The translations under genes and the position numbers were made by a program. Below are positions 30,831 through 40,039 of a DNA stretch of 64,000 nucleotides, piece after piece; position 1 is the first letter of the stretch; each line of letters opens with the position of its first letter. The DNA lies in NCBI GenBank assembly GCA_026709065.1, contig JAPOTS010000136.1, forward strand, positions 72,264 to 136,263. Direction: 5' to 3'. This stretch comes from Bacteroidota bacterium (lineage in GTDB: Bacteria > Bacteroidota > Rhodothermia > Rhodothermales > Bin80). Under the pieces are notes generated by a model. It worked only from the letters and a program-made list of their open reading frames with translations, was not told the DNA's origin and did not search any database.

Positions 30831-31092
30831 ATTGATTGATTTTGATTCTACAATACTTTTCCATGTATTGTAGAATCTTGCAAGTCGTGATAATATGGAA
30901 TTAGGTGTAGTCTACTACAGTAGATGGTTAGAGTCTGCATGCATTCTATGATCCATTTTCAATACGAAAGCGGAGAAAATGACGGACAGATTCAAGAAAT
31001 CAAAACTATCGGTAGAGGATACAACAAATTTTCAGATTTACCATTCTATTCTATGGTTATCTGCATCTCTATCCACACGATTTGTGGTAGAA
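30831..31092 (+). repeat. Right copy of the diverged direct repeat
   Basis: See the left copy. It contains an 8-bp perfect hairpin 'tacaatac...gtattgta' that is absent from the left copy. Confidence 0.8.
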
Positions 31093-31169
31093 CATGCATG
31101 AAAAGTTGCATTTTATTCGAAAAAAAAATCGAAACAGTGAAACTTTTTAAAAAATTTATTGTATATTAG
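30924..31169 (+). CDS. Small ORF in the right repeat (81 aa as read), a paralog of 27694-27870 that is frameshifted relative to it after codon ~28
   Basis: 'MVRVCMHSMIHFQYESGENDGQIQEIKTI' matches the left-copy N-terminus. A 1-nt indel ('atcggtaga' versus 'atggtaga') then changes the frame. Confidence 0.3.
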   Translation: MVRVCMHSMIHFQYESGENDGQIQEIKTIGRGYNKFSDLPFYSMVICISIHTICGRTCMKSCILFEKKIETVKLFKKFIVY

Positions 31170-31189
31170 GCATTGTACGTTGCCGTACA

Positions 31190-31310
31190 GTTCATCAAGA
31201 AGGGTGGAGGGTTCAGGCCCTATGAAGCCCTGGCAACCCCCTACGAGGCGTGGACTCCTCGTATGGATGGTGCCACTTCCTGCCCTGCTTTTGCAGGGAT
31301 AGATGAGCGG
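31190..31310 (+). promoter_or_regulatory. SAM-I riboswitch aptamer upstream of metY
   Basis: 'uUCAUCAAGAAGGGUGGAGGGUUCAGGCCCUAUGAAGCCCUGGCAACC...GGUGCCACUUCCUGC...AGAUGAG' matches the SAM-I (S-box) consensus, including the P1 closing pair and the 'GCAACC' and 'GGUGC.A.UUCC' elements. Confidence 0.9.
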
Positions 31311-31436
31311 AGGGGTGTAAACCTGTCAAGGTTTCAGTCCAACCTCTTCCGTCCATCCTTCCAAGAAGAGGTATCTATGGGATAGTCAGAACTTTTTGAT
31401 AAAAGGTCGGCATTGTGCGTTCACAAATTGACATAA

Positions 31437-32789
<1,353 letters not shown>

Positions 32790-32801
32790 ACTCTCTTAAA
32801 T

Positions 32802-32831
32802 CGGTGGCGTACCCTAATGGGTGCGCCACCG
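32802..32831 (+). promoter_or_regulatory. GC-rich 13-bp stem-loop between metY and metX
   Basis: 'cggtggcgtaccc'-'taat'-'gggtgcgccaccg' (one G-U pair), with no U-tract. It lies 15 nt upstream of the metX ATG. Confidence 0.5.
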
Positions 32832-32846
32832 TGAACAATCAGATAG

Positions 32847-33917
32847 ATGCCTAGAATTTCAATCATACCATCTTTTGAATTAGATAGTGGGGCTGTTCTA
32901 GAGGATGTTTCTATAGGATTTGAGCGTTGGGGAGAGTTGAATGATGCGGGGACTAATGCTATTGTAATAGGTCATTCTCTGACTAGCTCTCCAAATGCGA
33001 AGTCTTGGTGGTCATCATGCGTTGGGCCAGGGAAAGCTTTGGATACCGACAAGTATTTTGTTGTGTGTGCGAATGTTATCGGTTCTCCTTATGGGAGTAT
33101 CTCCCCTTTATCTATTAACCCATCAACGGGAAAAACTTATGGAGCTACACTTCCGCAAGCCACAGTAAGAGATACAGTTCGTCTACACAAATTGCTCTTG
33201 GATAGTTTAGGAGTCAAGAAGATTGCTTTTGCTATTGGCGGAAGTATGGGTGGAATGCAGGCACTTCAATGGGCACTCTACGGACCGGACTACATTCATG
33301 GGTTTGTCCCCATTGCTGTTGGGGCGCATCATTCTCCCTGGTGTATTGGTTGGAGCGAAGCACAACGCCAAGCAATTTATGCAGATCCTAATTGGAAAAA
33401 CGGAACCTACGCACCGAATGCCCCTCCAATGGATGGATTAGCCGTCGCACGAATGATGGCTATGGTTTCATATCGTTCATTTTCTTCATTTGATTCCCGA
33501 TTCGGGCGCACCCGCCATCCATCGGGTTCATTTAACGCTGAGACTTGGATTCAGCACCATGGACAGCAGCTTGTTAATCGGTTTGATCCTGCATGCTATG
33601 TGTATCTTACCCATTTAATGGACACTCATGATATGGCTCAAGGTGGAAAATCCCTTCATGCTACTCTTTCATCCATCACCCAGCCAGCACTTGTGGTTGG
33701 AATAAGGTCAGATGTCTTATATCCTCTTGAAGAACAGAAAGAGCTTTGTGATGCTCTGCCTAACGCTGAACTTGCTATCATGGAAGGTCCCCATGGTCAT
33801 GATACATTCCTCATTGATCAAGATGAACTCAATGATATTGTGCTCCAGTGGCGATGTCAACACATTGATGGTTTGATTGATTCTCAAGTCTCGGATGAGG
33901 TCAATTGTATTGTTTGA
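32847..33917 (+). CDS. metX: Homoserine O-acetyltransferase
   Basis: An alpha/beta hydrolase with the nucleophile elbow 'GGSMGGMQAL'. The N-terminus 'GAVLEDVSIGFERWGELN' is typical of MetX. Confidence 0.9.
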   Translation: MPRISIIPSFELDSGAVLEDVSIGFERWGELNDAGTNAIVIGHSLTSSPNAKSWWSSCVGPGKALDTDKYFVVCANVIGSPYGSISPLSINPSTGKTYGATLPQATVRDTVRLHKLLLDSLGVKKIAFAIGGSMGGMQALQWALYGPDYIHGFVPIAVGAHHSPWCIGWSEAQRQAIYADPNWKNGTYAPNAPPMDGLAVARMMAMVSYRSFSSFDSRFGRTRHPSGSFNAETWIQHHGQQLVNRFDPACYVYLTHLMDTHDMAQGGKSLHATLSSITQPALVVGIRSDVLYPLEEQKELCDALPNAELAIMEGPHGHDTFLIDQDELNDIVLQWRCQHIDGLIDSQVSDEVNCIV

Positions 33918-34028
33918 AATTGGCTAAACTCAAAGTTCAACATTCAAAAAGCGTCATTTTGTAACTTGCAATATAGGCACATTTATCATTGATCTCAGTA
34001 CCAATTAATAAGAGATCTATATACTGAG

Positions 34029-35084
34029 ATGAATGTACTTAGAGCTGGAATTTTAGGAGCAACAGGTGCTGTGGGTCAGAAGTTTGTGGAGCTTTTGGAA
34101 GATCACCCATGGTTTCAAGTAAGCGCCCTCGTTGCATCTGATCAGTCTGCGGGGCATCAATACAAAGATGTTGTCAATTGGATTGGTACAGCGTCAATTC
34201 CTAAACTCATTGCCTCAATGGAAGTCTTACCATTGAGTGACCGCCTTCCGTGTGATTTTGTTTTTTCGGGATTACACGCGTCGGTTGCAGATCATGCGGA
34301 GCCCAATTTGGCAAAAGCTGGATACCCTGTGATTTCAAATGCCAAAAGTTTTCGGATGCATGAAAATGTCCCTCTTCTGATTCCTGAAGTCAATCCAGAT
34401 CACACCGCTCTGATTCGTCATCAAGATTGGCAGAGTAAGGGCTATATTGTTACGAATCCAAACTGCTCCACTGTGGGGTTGACCTGTGCACTAAAACCCC
34501 TTCATGATAAATTCGGGATTGAAGCAGTTCAAGTTGTAACGATGCAAGCCCTCTCAGGTGCTGGTTATCCTGGTGTCTCAGCCCTAGATGCAGTCGCAAA
34601 TGTGGTTCCATTTATTGGTGGAGAAGAGGATAAGTTAGTAAATGAACCAAATAAATTACTCGGTACTATCGTTGACGGTCAATTACATATGGAAACATTA
34701 ACGATTAGTCCACAATGTAATCGCGTCCCTGTTCTTGAAGGGCATCTTGAATGTGTAACGGTAAAGTTAAAATCTAACCCTAGTCAAAATCACGTCCGAC
34801 AAGCGTTCAACGATTTTGTCAGTCCAATTGCAGAGTTAGACTTACCGAGCGAGCCAGATCGTTTAATTCATGTATTTGATGATGAACGGTTTCCCCAACC
34901 TCGTAGACATTTAAACTTAGGCAATGGAATGACTGTGAGTATAGGTAGGATTCGCCCCTGTGAGATATTAGATTATAAGTTTATTGTCCTTTCACATAAT
35001 ACAGTTCGAGGTGCAGCTGGGGGAGCGATCTTAAACGCTGAGCTATTAGTAAAACAGGGTTTTCTTAGATCATTTACTTCATAG
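34029..35084 (+). CDS. asd: Aspartate-semialdehyde dehydrogenase
   Basis: 'ILGATGAVGQKF', the active-site 'NPNCST', and 'HNTVRGAAGGAILNAELL'. Confidence 0.92.
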   Translation: MNVLRAGILGATGAVGQKFVELLEDHPWFQVSALVASDQSAGHQYKDVVNWIGTASIPKLIASMEVLPLSDRLPCDFVFSGLHASVADHAEPNLAKAGYPVISNAKSFRMHENVPLLIPEVNPDHTALIRHQDWQSKGYIVTNPNCSTVGLTCALKPLHDKFGIEAVQVVTMQALSGAGYPGVSALDAVANVVPFIGGEEDKLVNEPNKLLGTIVDGQLHMETLTISPQCNRVPVLEGHLECVTVKLKSNPSQNHVRQAFNDFVSPIAELDLPSEPDRLIHVFDDERFPQPRRHLNLGNGMTVSIGRIRPCEILDYKFIVLSHNTVRGAAGGAILNAELLVKQGFLRSFTS

Positions 35085-35126
35085 TTCTGGAACAGATCAT
35101 TCCTAATATAGTCTAACACCTTTCTT

Positions 35127-35199
35127 GCGGGAATAGCTCAGTTGGTAGAGCGTCTGCTTGCCATGCAGAAGGTCGCGAGTTCGAATCTCGTTTCCCGCT
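35127..35199 (+). tRNA. tRNA-Gly (anticodon GCC)
   Basis: It folds by hand into a cloverleaf: acceptor gcgggaa/ttcccgc, D arm gctc/gagc, anticodon stem tctgc/gcaga with loop 'ttGCCat', and T arm gcgag-ttcgaat-ctcgt. CCA is not encoded. Confidence 0.95.
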
Positions 35200-35466
35200 C
35201 TGGTCATCTCTTCTAGATAATTGATCCATTCCCATCATAGCTGATGAATCAAAGAAATTCATTTTATTCAGAGATCAATTTTATCTAATCACATCTCATT
35301 TAATTGAAGGATACCCACTCGCATTGAACTACCAATGAGATCACGGGCACCAAAACTCTATACTTGTGAGTAATACTTTTCCCGTAGAAGAGTATCAAAT
35401 TAATATTGTAAGCGTGCCAAAACCCCCTTTTCAGAAAGTATTTGAAAAGAACCAATAACTTATCAA

Positions 35467-36081
35467 GTGAAAACGAAGTCTGTTAGAACTAGAAATTTTA
35501 TCATTAGGGCGGGATCTCCCTTGATCTTGACATCTATCTGTTTATGCCTTGTGTTGATTACAGGATCCTGCACGCATCATGATTTCTCTATGAGTTCAGA
35601 CTCACCGCCATCAGGTTTGAATAAAGAGAGTTGGGATGTTAAAATTCAACTATCTCAGGGGAGATCAGATACCAGTGGGAGCTTTCCAAGACTCAATATC
35701 TTGGCTGATCATGTTCAATGGATTGGAGAAGGTGATTCAATCATTCAGCATCTAAATGGTATTGAAAATAAGGTAGAAATTGAAATTTTTGATTCAATCG
35801 GTGTTATGTCTGCTTTTTTAATAGCAGACCAAGTTTCGTATTATGAAAACGAAGACTACTTCTCAGCTAATGGAGCAGTTAAAATTGAATCCAAAGATGA
35901 CAGAATATTACTGACTGAATGGATTGAATGGTGGGAAAGTGATCAGATCTTGCGGACAGATAGTTGGGTTGACATACGTACACCTGAGGAAGTGCTTTCA
36001 GGGATTGGTCTAGAAGCCACAGAAGACCTCAGTTCCTATCAAATTGGTAAGTTTGAGGCCAAGATGATTTCTGAGCAATGA
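35467..36081 (+). CDS. LptC-like membrane-anchored/lipoprotein component of LPS export
   Basis: An N-terminal hydrophobic anchor ends in 'LITGSC'. It is ~200 aa and beta-rich, and overlaps the next OstA-like gene, which is followed by lptB. Confidence 0.55.
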   Translation: MKTKSVRTRNFIIRAGSPLILTSICLCLVLITGSCTHHDFSMSSDSPPSGLNKESWDVKIQLSQGRSDTSGSFPRLNILADHVQWIGEGDSIIQHLNGIENKVEIEIFDSIGVMSAFLIADQVSYYENEDYFSANGAVKIESKDDRILLTEWIEWWESDQILRTDSWVDIRTPEEVLSGIGLEATEDLSSYQIGKFEAKMISEQ

Positions 36082-37460
36082 GGGCGATTGCATTATGGTT
36101 GCTGGTGATTTTCCTGATTCCGAAGTCATCAACCCCTCAGAAAGATTCAGAGTATTATGCTTTTGCAGATACTGATTCAGTGTTTGTTCAGGGAAACTCT
36201 CTCATCGGTCAGCAAAATGAGAATGAGTTTCTACAATTTATTACTGGGGATGTACTTGTGACATATAGGACGAATAAGGTCACCGCAGATCGGGCGGTAC
36301 GAAATGTCACTAAGCGCCGCACTTCGTTCACGGGCAATGCAGTCCTGATAGATCAAGGAGATACATTGCAAGCAAATTCCCTGGATTATGATGAGGAGTT
36401 GGATGTGGGGCGTGCTGAGGGGAATGTTCGCTTGTCAGATGGAGATATCATTGCTCATTCATCATTAGGTATTTATTATGCTGATGAAGATAGAGTTGGG
36501 TTTCCTGACGGACTGACCTTAATCGATTCTACAATGACTCTCACTGGAGATAATGGTCAATACTGGACAGATCAAAAGGTTGCTGATGTTGCTGGAAATG
36601 TCATGATGGAGTCAGAACAAGGGATATTATTTTCAGATTCACTGCTTCATTATCGGGAAGTTTCCATCTCTAAGGCTCAAGGATCTGTTCGCTATGTAAC
36701 CGTTAATGATACTGATTCAACATGGCTAGCAGGAGAGCGGTTAGAGTACAATGCGGAGGATTCGTTGAGCATAATTCGTGGTAATCCGGTTATGGTGAAT
36801 TTGAGTCATGATTCGTTATCTGTCGATACGCTGATCATCCGTGCTGATGTGATTCACATCAGAGACAAGCAGAGCAGTTCTAGACTTGATGCGGTTGATA
36901 ACGTTAGGATATGGAATGGCTCACTCTCAGCGACCGCCGATTCAATTGCCTATGACCGTCAATCTGAGCGGTCGTCTGAACTTATATGGCTATTTGGGCA
37001 ACCATACATTTGGTTGAATGTCACTCAATTGACAGGAGATACAATGAAGGTAGTCATTGAAGATGGTCAAATAGATTCAATGATGATCTGGGGCAATGTA
37101 TTTGTCGCTGAGCAAGATAGTTCCATCAATCGTATCAATCAGGTCAAAGGGCGCACTCTTGTAAGTAGCCGACAGAGAGATTCTCTCCGCATATTTAGAA
37201 TCGGGCCGAATGCAGAGGCCATTTACTTTAGCACTGATGGAGCACTTGAAGCCTCAGGCGATGCTATTCGTATGGAATTTGAAGGAGATACACTCAAAAC
37301 ACTTTCATTTAGTACTGATGTGCAGGGAATGCGTTATCCACAAAATGCTTTACCAAATGATTTGAGCCTTGATGGATTGCAATGGAAATCAGAGAAAAAG
37401 CCCTCTAAGGCCCAACTGCTTGGGGATTTAAATCTTAAAATTGAACAATGGGAGCATTAA
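36078..37460 (+). CDS. OstA/LptA-like periplasmic protein, extended form (460 aa)
   Basis: A signal-like N-terminus, then repeated OstA_N-like beta-jellyroll segments ('GNAVLIDQGDTLQANSLDY', 'GNVRLSDGD', 'GNVMMES'). It overlaps both neighbouring genes. Confidence 0.6.
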   Translation: MRAIALWLLVIFLIPKSSTPQKDSEYYAFADTDSVFVQGNSLIGQQNENEFLQFITGDVLVTYRTNKVTADRAVRNVTKRRTSFTGNAVLIDQGDTLQANSLDYDEELDVGRAEGNVRLSDGDIIAHSSLGIYYADEDRVGFPDGLTLIDSTMTLTGDNGQYWTDQKVADVAGNVMMESEQGILFSDSLLHYREVSISKAQGSVRYVTVNDTDSTWLAGERLEYNAEDSLSIIRGNPVMVNLSHDSLSVDTLIIRADVIHIRDKQSSSRLDAVDNVRIWNGSLSATADSIAYDRQSERSSELIWLFGQPYIWLNVTQLTGDTMKVVIEDGQIDSMMIWGNVFVAEQDSSINRINQVKGRTLVSSRQRDSLRIFRIGPNAEAIYFSTDGALEASGDAIRMEFEGDTLKTLSFSTDVQGMRYPQNALPNDLSLDGLQWKSEKKPSKAQLLGDLNLKIEQWEH

Positions 37461-38188
37461 AACTTAGGGCTGAAAAATTAACCAAAAAGTTTAAAAAACG
37501 GACGGTTGTCAATCAGATGTCTCTGAATGTGGAATGTGGAGAAGTTGTTGGCCTACTTGGACCCAATGGTGCAGGCAAGACGACATCGTTCCATATGATT
37601 GTAGGATTGGAACGACCTAATCAAGGCAGAATTTATCTTGGTGACCAAGATATTACTGGACTGCCAATGTATCAACGTGCTAGACAGGGGCTTGGGTATT
37701 TAGCGCAAGAAACGAGCGTCTTTCAGCGTTTGACAGTAGAACAAAACCTACATGCCGTTTTGGAGTTCCAGAAAATTTCCAGACAAGAGCGTGATGATAG
37801 GGTAGATGAGTTGATTTCACAGTTTGGGTTAGAATCGATTCGTACATCAAAGGCATATACGTTATCGGGTGGAGAGCGCAGGAGAACCGAAATTGCACGC
37901 TCCATGGTTCTTAAACCTAAGTTTTTTCTTCTTGATGAACCCTTTGCAGGAGTTGATCCGATTACTGTTGAATATATACAAGATATCATTTGCCAATTGG
38001 CTCAAATGAACATCGGTATATTGATTACCGATCATAATGTCCATGAAACATTGGCCATCACTGACCGGGCCTATCTTTTGTTTGATGGAAAGATTATGAA
38101 GTCTGGAACGGCAGAACAGTTAGCATCCGATCCGCAAGTTCGTCAGCATTATTTAGGTGAGAAATTTGCACTTGACCGTTACCGCTGA
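37448..38188 (+). CDS. lptB: LPS export ABC transporter ATP-binding protein
   Basis: Walker A 'GPNGAGKTT', signature 'LSGGERRR', Walker B 'FFLLDEPF'. About 245 aa. Confidence 0.9.
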   Translation: MGALKLRAEKLTKKFKKRTVVNQMSLNVECGEVVGLLGPNGAGKTTSFHMIVGLERPNQGRIYLGDQDITGLPMYQRARQGLGYLAQETSVFQRLTVEQNLHAVLEFQKISRQERDDRVDELISQFGLESIRTSKAYTLSGGERRRTEIARSMVLKPKFFLLDEPFAGVDPITVEYIQDIICQLAQMNIGILITDHNVHETLAITDRAYLLFDGKIMKSGTAEQLASDPQVRQHYLGEKFALDRYR

Positions 38189-38236
38189 ACGCCTTTGTAA
38201 GGGTAAAGTTAAATTCGTTAAACATTGATTAGTGCT

Positions 38237-39247
38237 ATGGTTGTATTTATGAAGAATAATGCCTCGGAAGAAGAGGTGGAAGCAGTAATAAAAAAACTTA
38301 ATGCGTTTGGATTTGATGTTCATCGTTCAAGTGGAGTGAGTCAAACTGTCTTGGGGGCTATTGGGGTTTCACCTGGATTTGATCATAGAATTTTCCGCGG
38401 ATTAAGTGGGGTAGCTGATGTGCAGCGTGTGACTGAGCCTTACAAGTTAGCAAGTCGTGTGGGACGTGACACTTCAACAGTCGTTGATGTAGATGGGGTC
38501 AAAATGGGTGGAACCGCGATCACGGTCATTGCATCTATCACTAGTTTAGAGAGCATCCTGCAACTTAAGCAAATTGAACCAAAACTCCGGTCATCTGGTG
38601 TCTCATTGATTCAAGGGACTGTACTGAAACCTAGAACATCCTTTTACGATTATCACGGTGTGGAAGAAGAGCACTTGATGTTGATGCATCAAATTGTTGA
38701 TGAGTGTGGATTTAAATTGATGTTAGAAGTGAGCACCTCTGACCTAGCTGAAAAGACTGCAAACTATGCGAGTATGTTGTTGGTAGGGGCTAGAAACATG
38801 CAGAACTTTGGTTTATTACAAGTGTTGGGAGAGATCAATAAGCCTGTTTTGCTTGAGCGCGGTTTTGCTGCAACAGTTGAGGAATGGATTATGTCTGCAG
38901 AATATCTCATGAGAGCAGGGAATACTAACATCATTTTGTGTGAGCGGGGAATTAGAACTTTTGAGGTTGCGACTCGCTACACATTGGATCTCTCAGCTGT
39001 TTCAATCGCAAAGTCTAAGAGTCATCTTCCAGTTTTTGTGAATCCTTCTCAAGGCGTAAGGCTTCGAGATCATGTTCGTCCGATGGCATCTGCAGCTATC
39101 GCAGCTGGAGCTGATGGGGTTGTCATTCATTTACAAAATGAATCGATGAATGTCACCAAGAGTGTTTCGGAGGCACTTAATTTAGATCAGTTTAGGGGTT
39201 TAATTGAAGAGGTTAAGCAAATTGGCCAAATAATTGGCCGTACCTGA
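38237..39247 (+). CDS. 3-deoxy-7-phosphoheptulonate (DAHP) synthase, type I-beta, with an N-terminal ferredoxin-like regulatory domain
   Basis: The N-terminus 'MVVFMKNNASEEEVEAVIKKLNAFGFDVH' resembles the Thermotoga-type DAH7PS regulatory domain. The TIM-barrel part has 'LLERG' and 'ILCERGIRTF'. The ATG at 38237 is preferred over the TTG at 38225. Confidence 0.85.
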   Translation: MVVFMKNNASEEEVEAVIKKLNAFGFDVHRSSGVSQTVLGAIGVSPGFDHRIFRGLSGVADVQRVTEPYKLASRVGRDTSTVVDVDGVKMGGTAITVIASITSLESILQLKQIEPKLRSSGVSLIQGTVLKPRTSFYDYHGVEEEHLMLMHQIVDECGFKLMLEVSTSDLAEKTANYASMLLVGARNMQNFGLLQVLGEINKPVLLERGFAATVEEWIMSAEYLMRAGNTNIILCERGIRTFEVATRYTLDLSAVSIAKSKSHLPVFVNPSQGVRLRDHVRPMASAAIAAGADGVVIHLQNESMNVTKSVSEALNLDQFRGLIEEVKQIGQIIGRT

Positions 39248-39320
39248 TTCCCATATTTTCTACTCTTCAATAATCCTTTCTTGAATATGGCACGCAAAGA
39301 TTTTGGATTAAATATTGGTG

Positions 39321-40028
39321 ATGATTCTCTTAATTGATTACGATAATCTTGGAAAGTTGAGGAGAAGAAGCCTCAGTCAGATTATTCAAATACTTTTAGA
39401 TCAAATCCCTCAACAGAATTACACTCCTACCGATATAGAATTAAACTGTCGATTATATGGAGGCTGGTTAGACAAAAGAAATAAGTACACAAAACTTGCC
39501 CAAAATCTATTTACAGAAATTAAACAGAATTTTCCCTGTGAGATTAAGATATTCAATCACTCAAGAAAAGTTGATGCACCAGAATTAGCCACATCTCTTG
39601 CATGTGATTCAGGCAATGACTTTCCATATACATACAGAGCCCGTTCTGTACCACCTGGGATCAGGGCCAAGCGTTTCCCGCCCCGACGCTGTATATCTAA
39701 GGATCATTGTTCTATCTCTGAAGTTAACATATTTTGGAATGATGGAAAGTGTTCAAACTCAAAATGTCCTGTCGGACTCTCAGAAACCTTCTTTCGACCA
39801 GAACAAAAACTTGTTGACTCAATGATAGTCGTTGATTTAATTCACTTTGCCACTATCCACAAAGAGCATGTGGTATTAGTATCTGGGGATGATGATATGT
39901 GGCCAGGCATACGTTATGCTTTACTCTCTGATACCTCTATTACTCATTTGATTCCAAAATCCCAAACAAGCGGGAAGAATATTTACACACATCTAACTAC
40001 AAATCGTTATTATATCCAGAAGTATTAA
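39321..40028 (+). CDS. NYN/LabA-like (PIN-fold) predicted nuclease with a Cys4 insert
   Basis: 'LLIDYDNL' (strand 1 acidic residues), 'RLYGGW', 'KLVDSMIVVDL' and 'VVLVSGDDDMWPGIRYA' match the NYN acidic signature. The insert is 'C-x5-C-x13-C-x4-C' (ORF-track aa 126-151). The ATG at 39321 is preferred over the TTG at 39315. Confidence 0.65.
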   Translation: MILLIDYDNLGKLRRRSLSQIIQILLDQIPQQNYTPTDIELNCRLYGGWLDKRNKYTKLAQNLFTEIKQNFPCEIKIFNHSRKVDAPELATSLACDSGNDFPYTYRARSVPPGIRAKRFPPRRCISKDHCSISEVNIFWNDGKCSNSKCPVGLSETFFRPEQKLVDSMIVVDLIHFATIHKEHVVLVSGDDDMWPGIRYALLSDTSITHLIPKSQTSGKNIYTHLTTNRYYIQKY

Positions 40029-40039
40029 TTTGTTTTGAG

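Noticed and set aside
31173-31385. A 70-aa ORF from the track ('MYVAVQFIKKGGGFRPYEALATPYEAW...')
   Set aside because: It lies entirely over the SAM-I riboswitch aptamer and expression platform. The sequence conservation here is explained by the RNA, so the ORF is almost certainly not translated.
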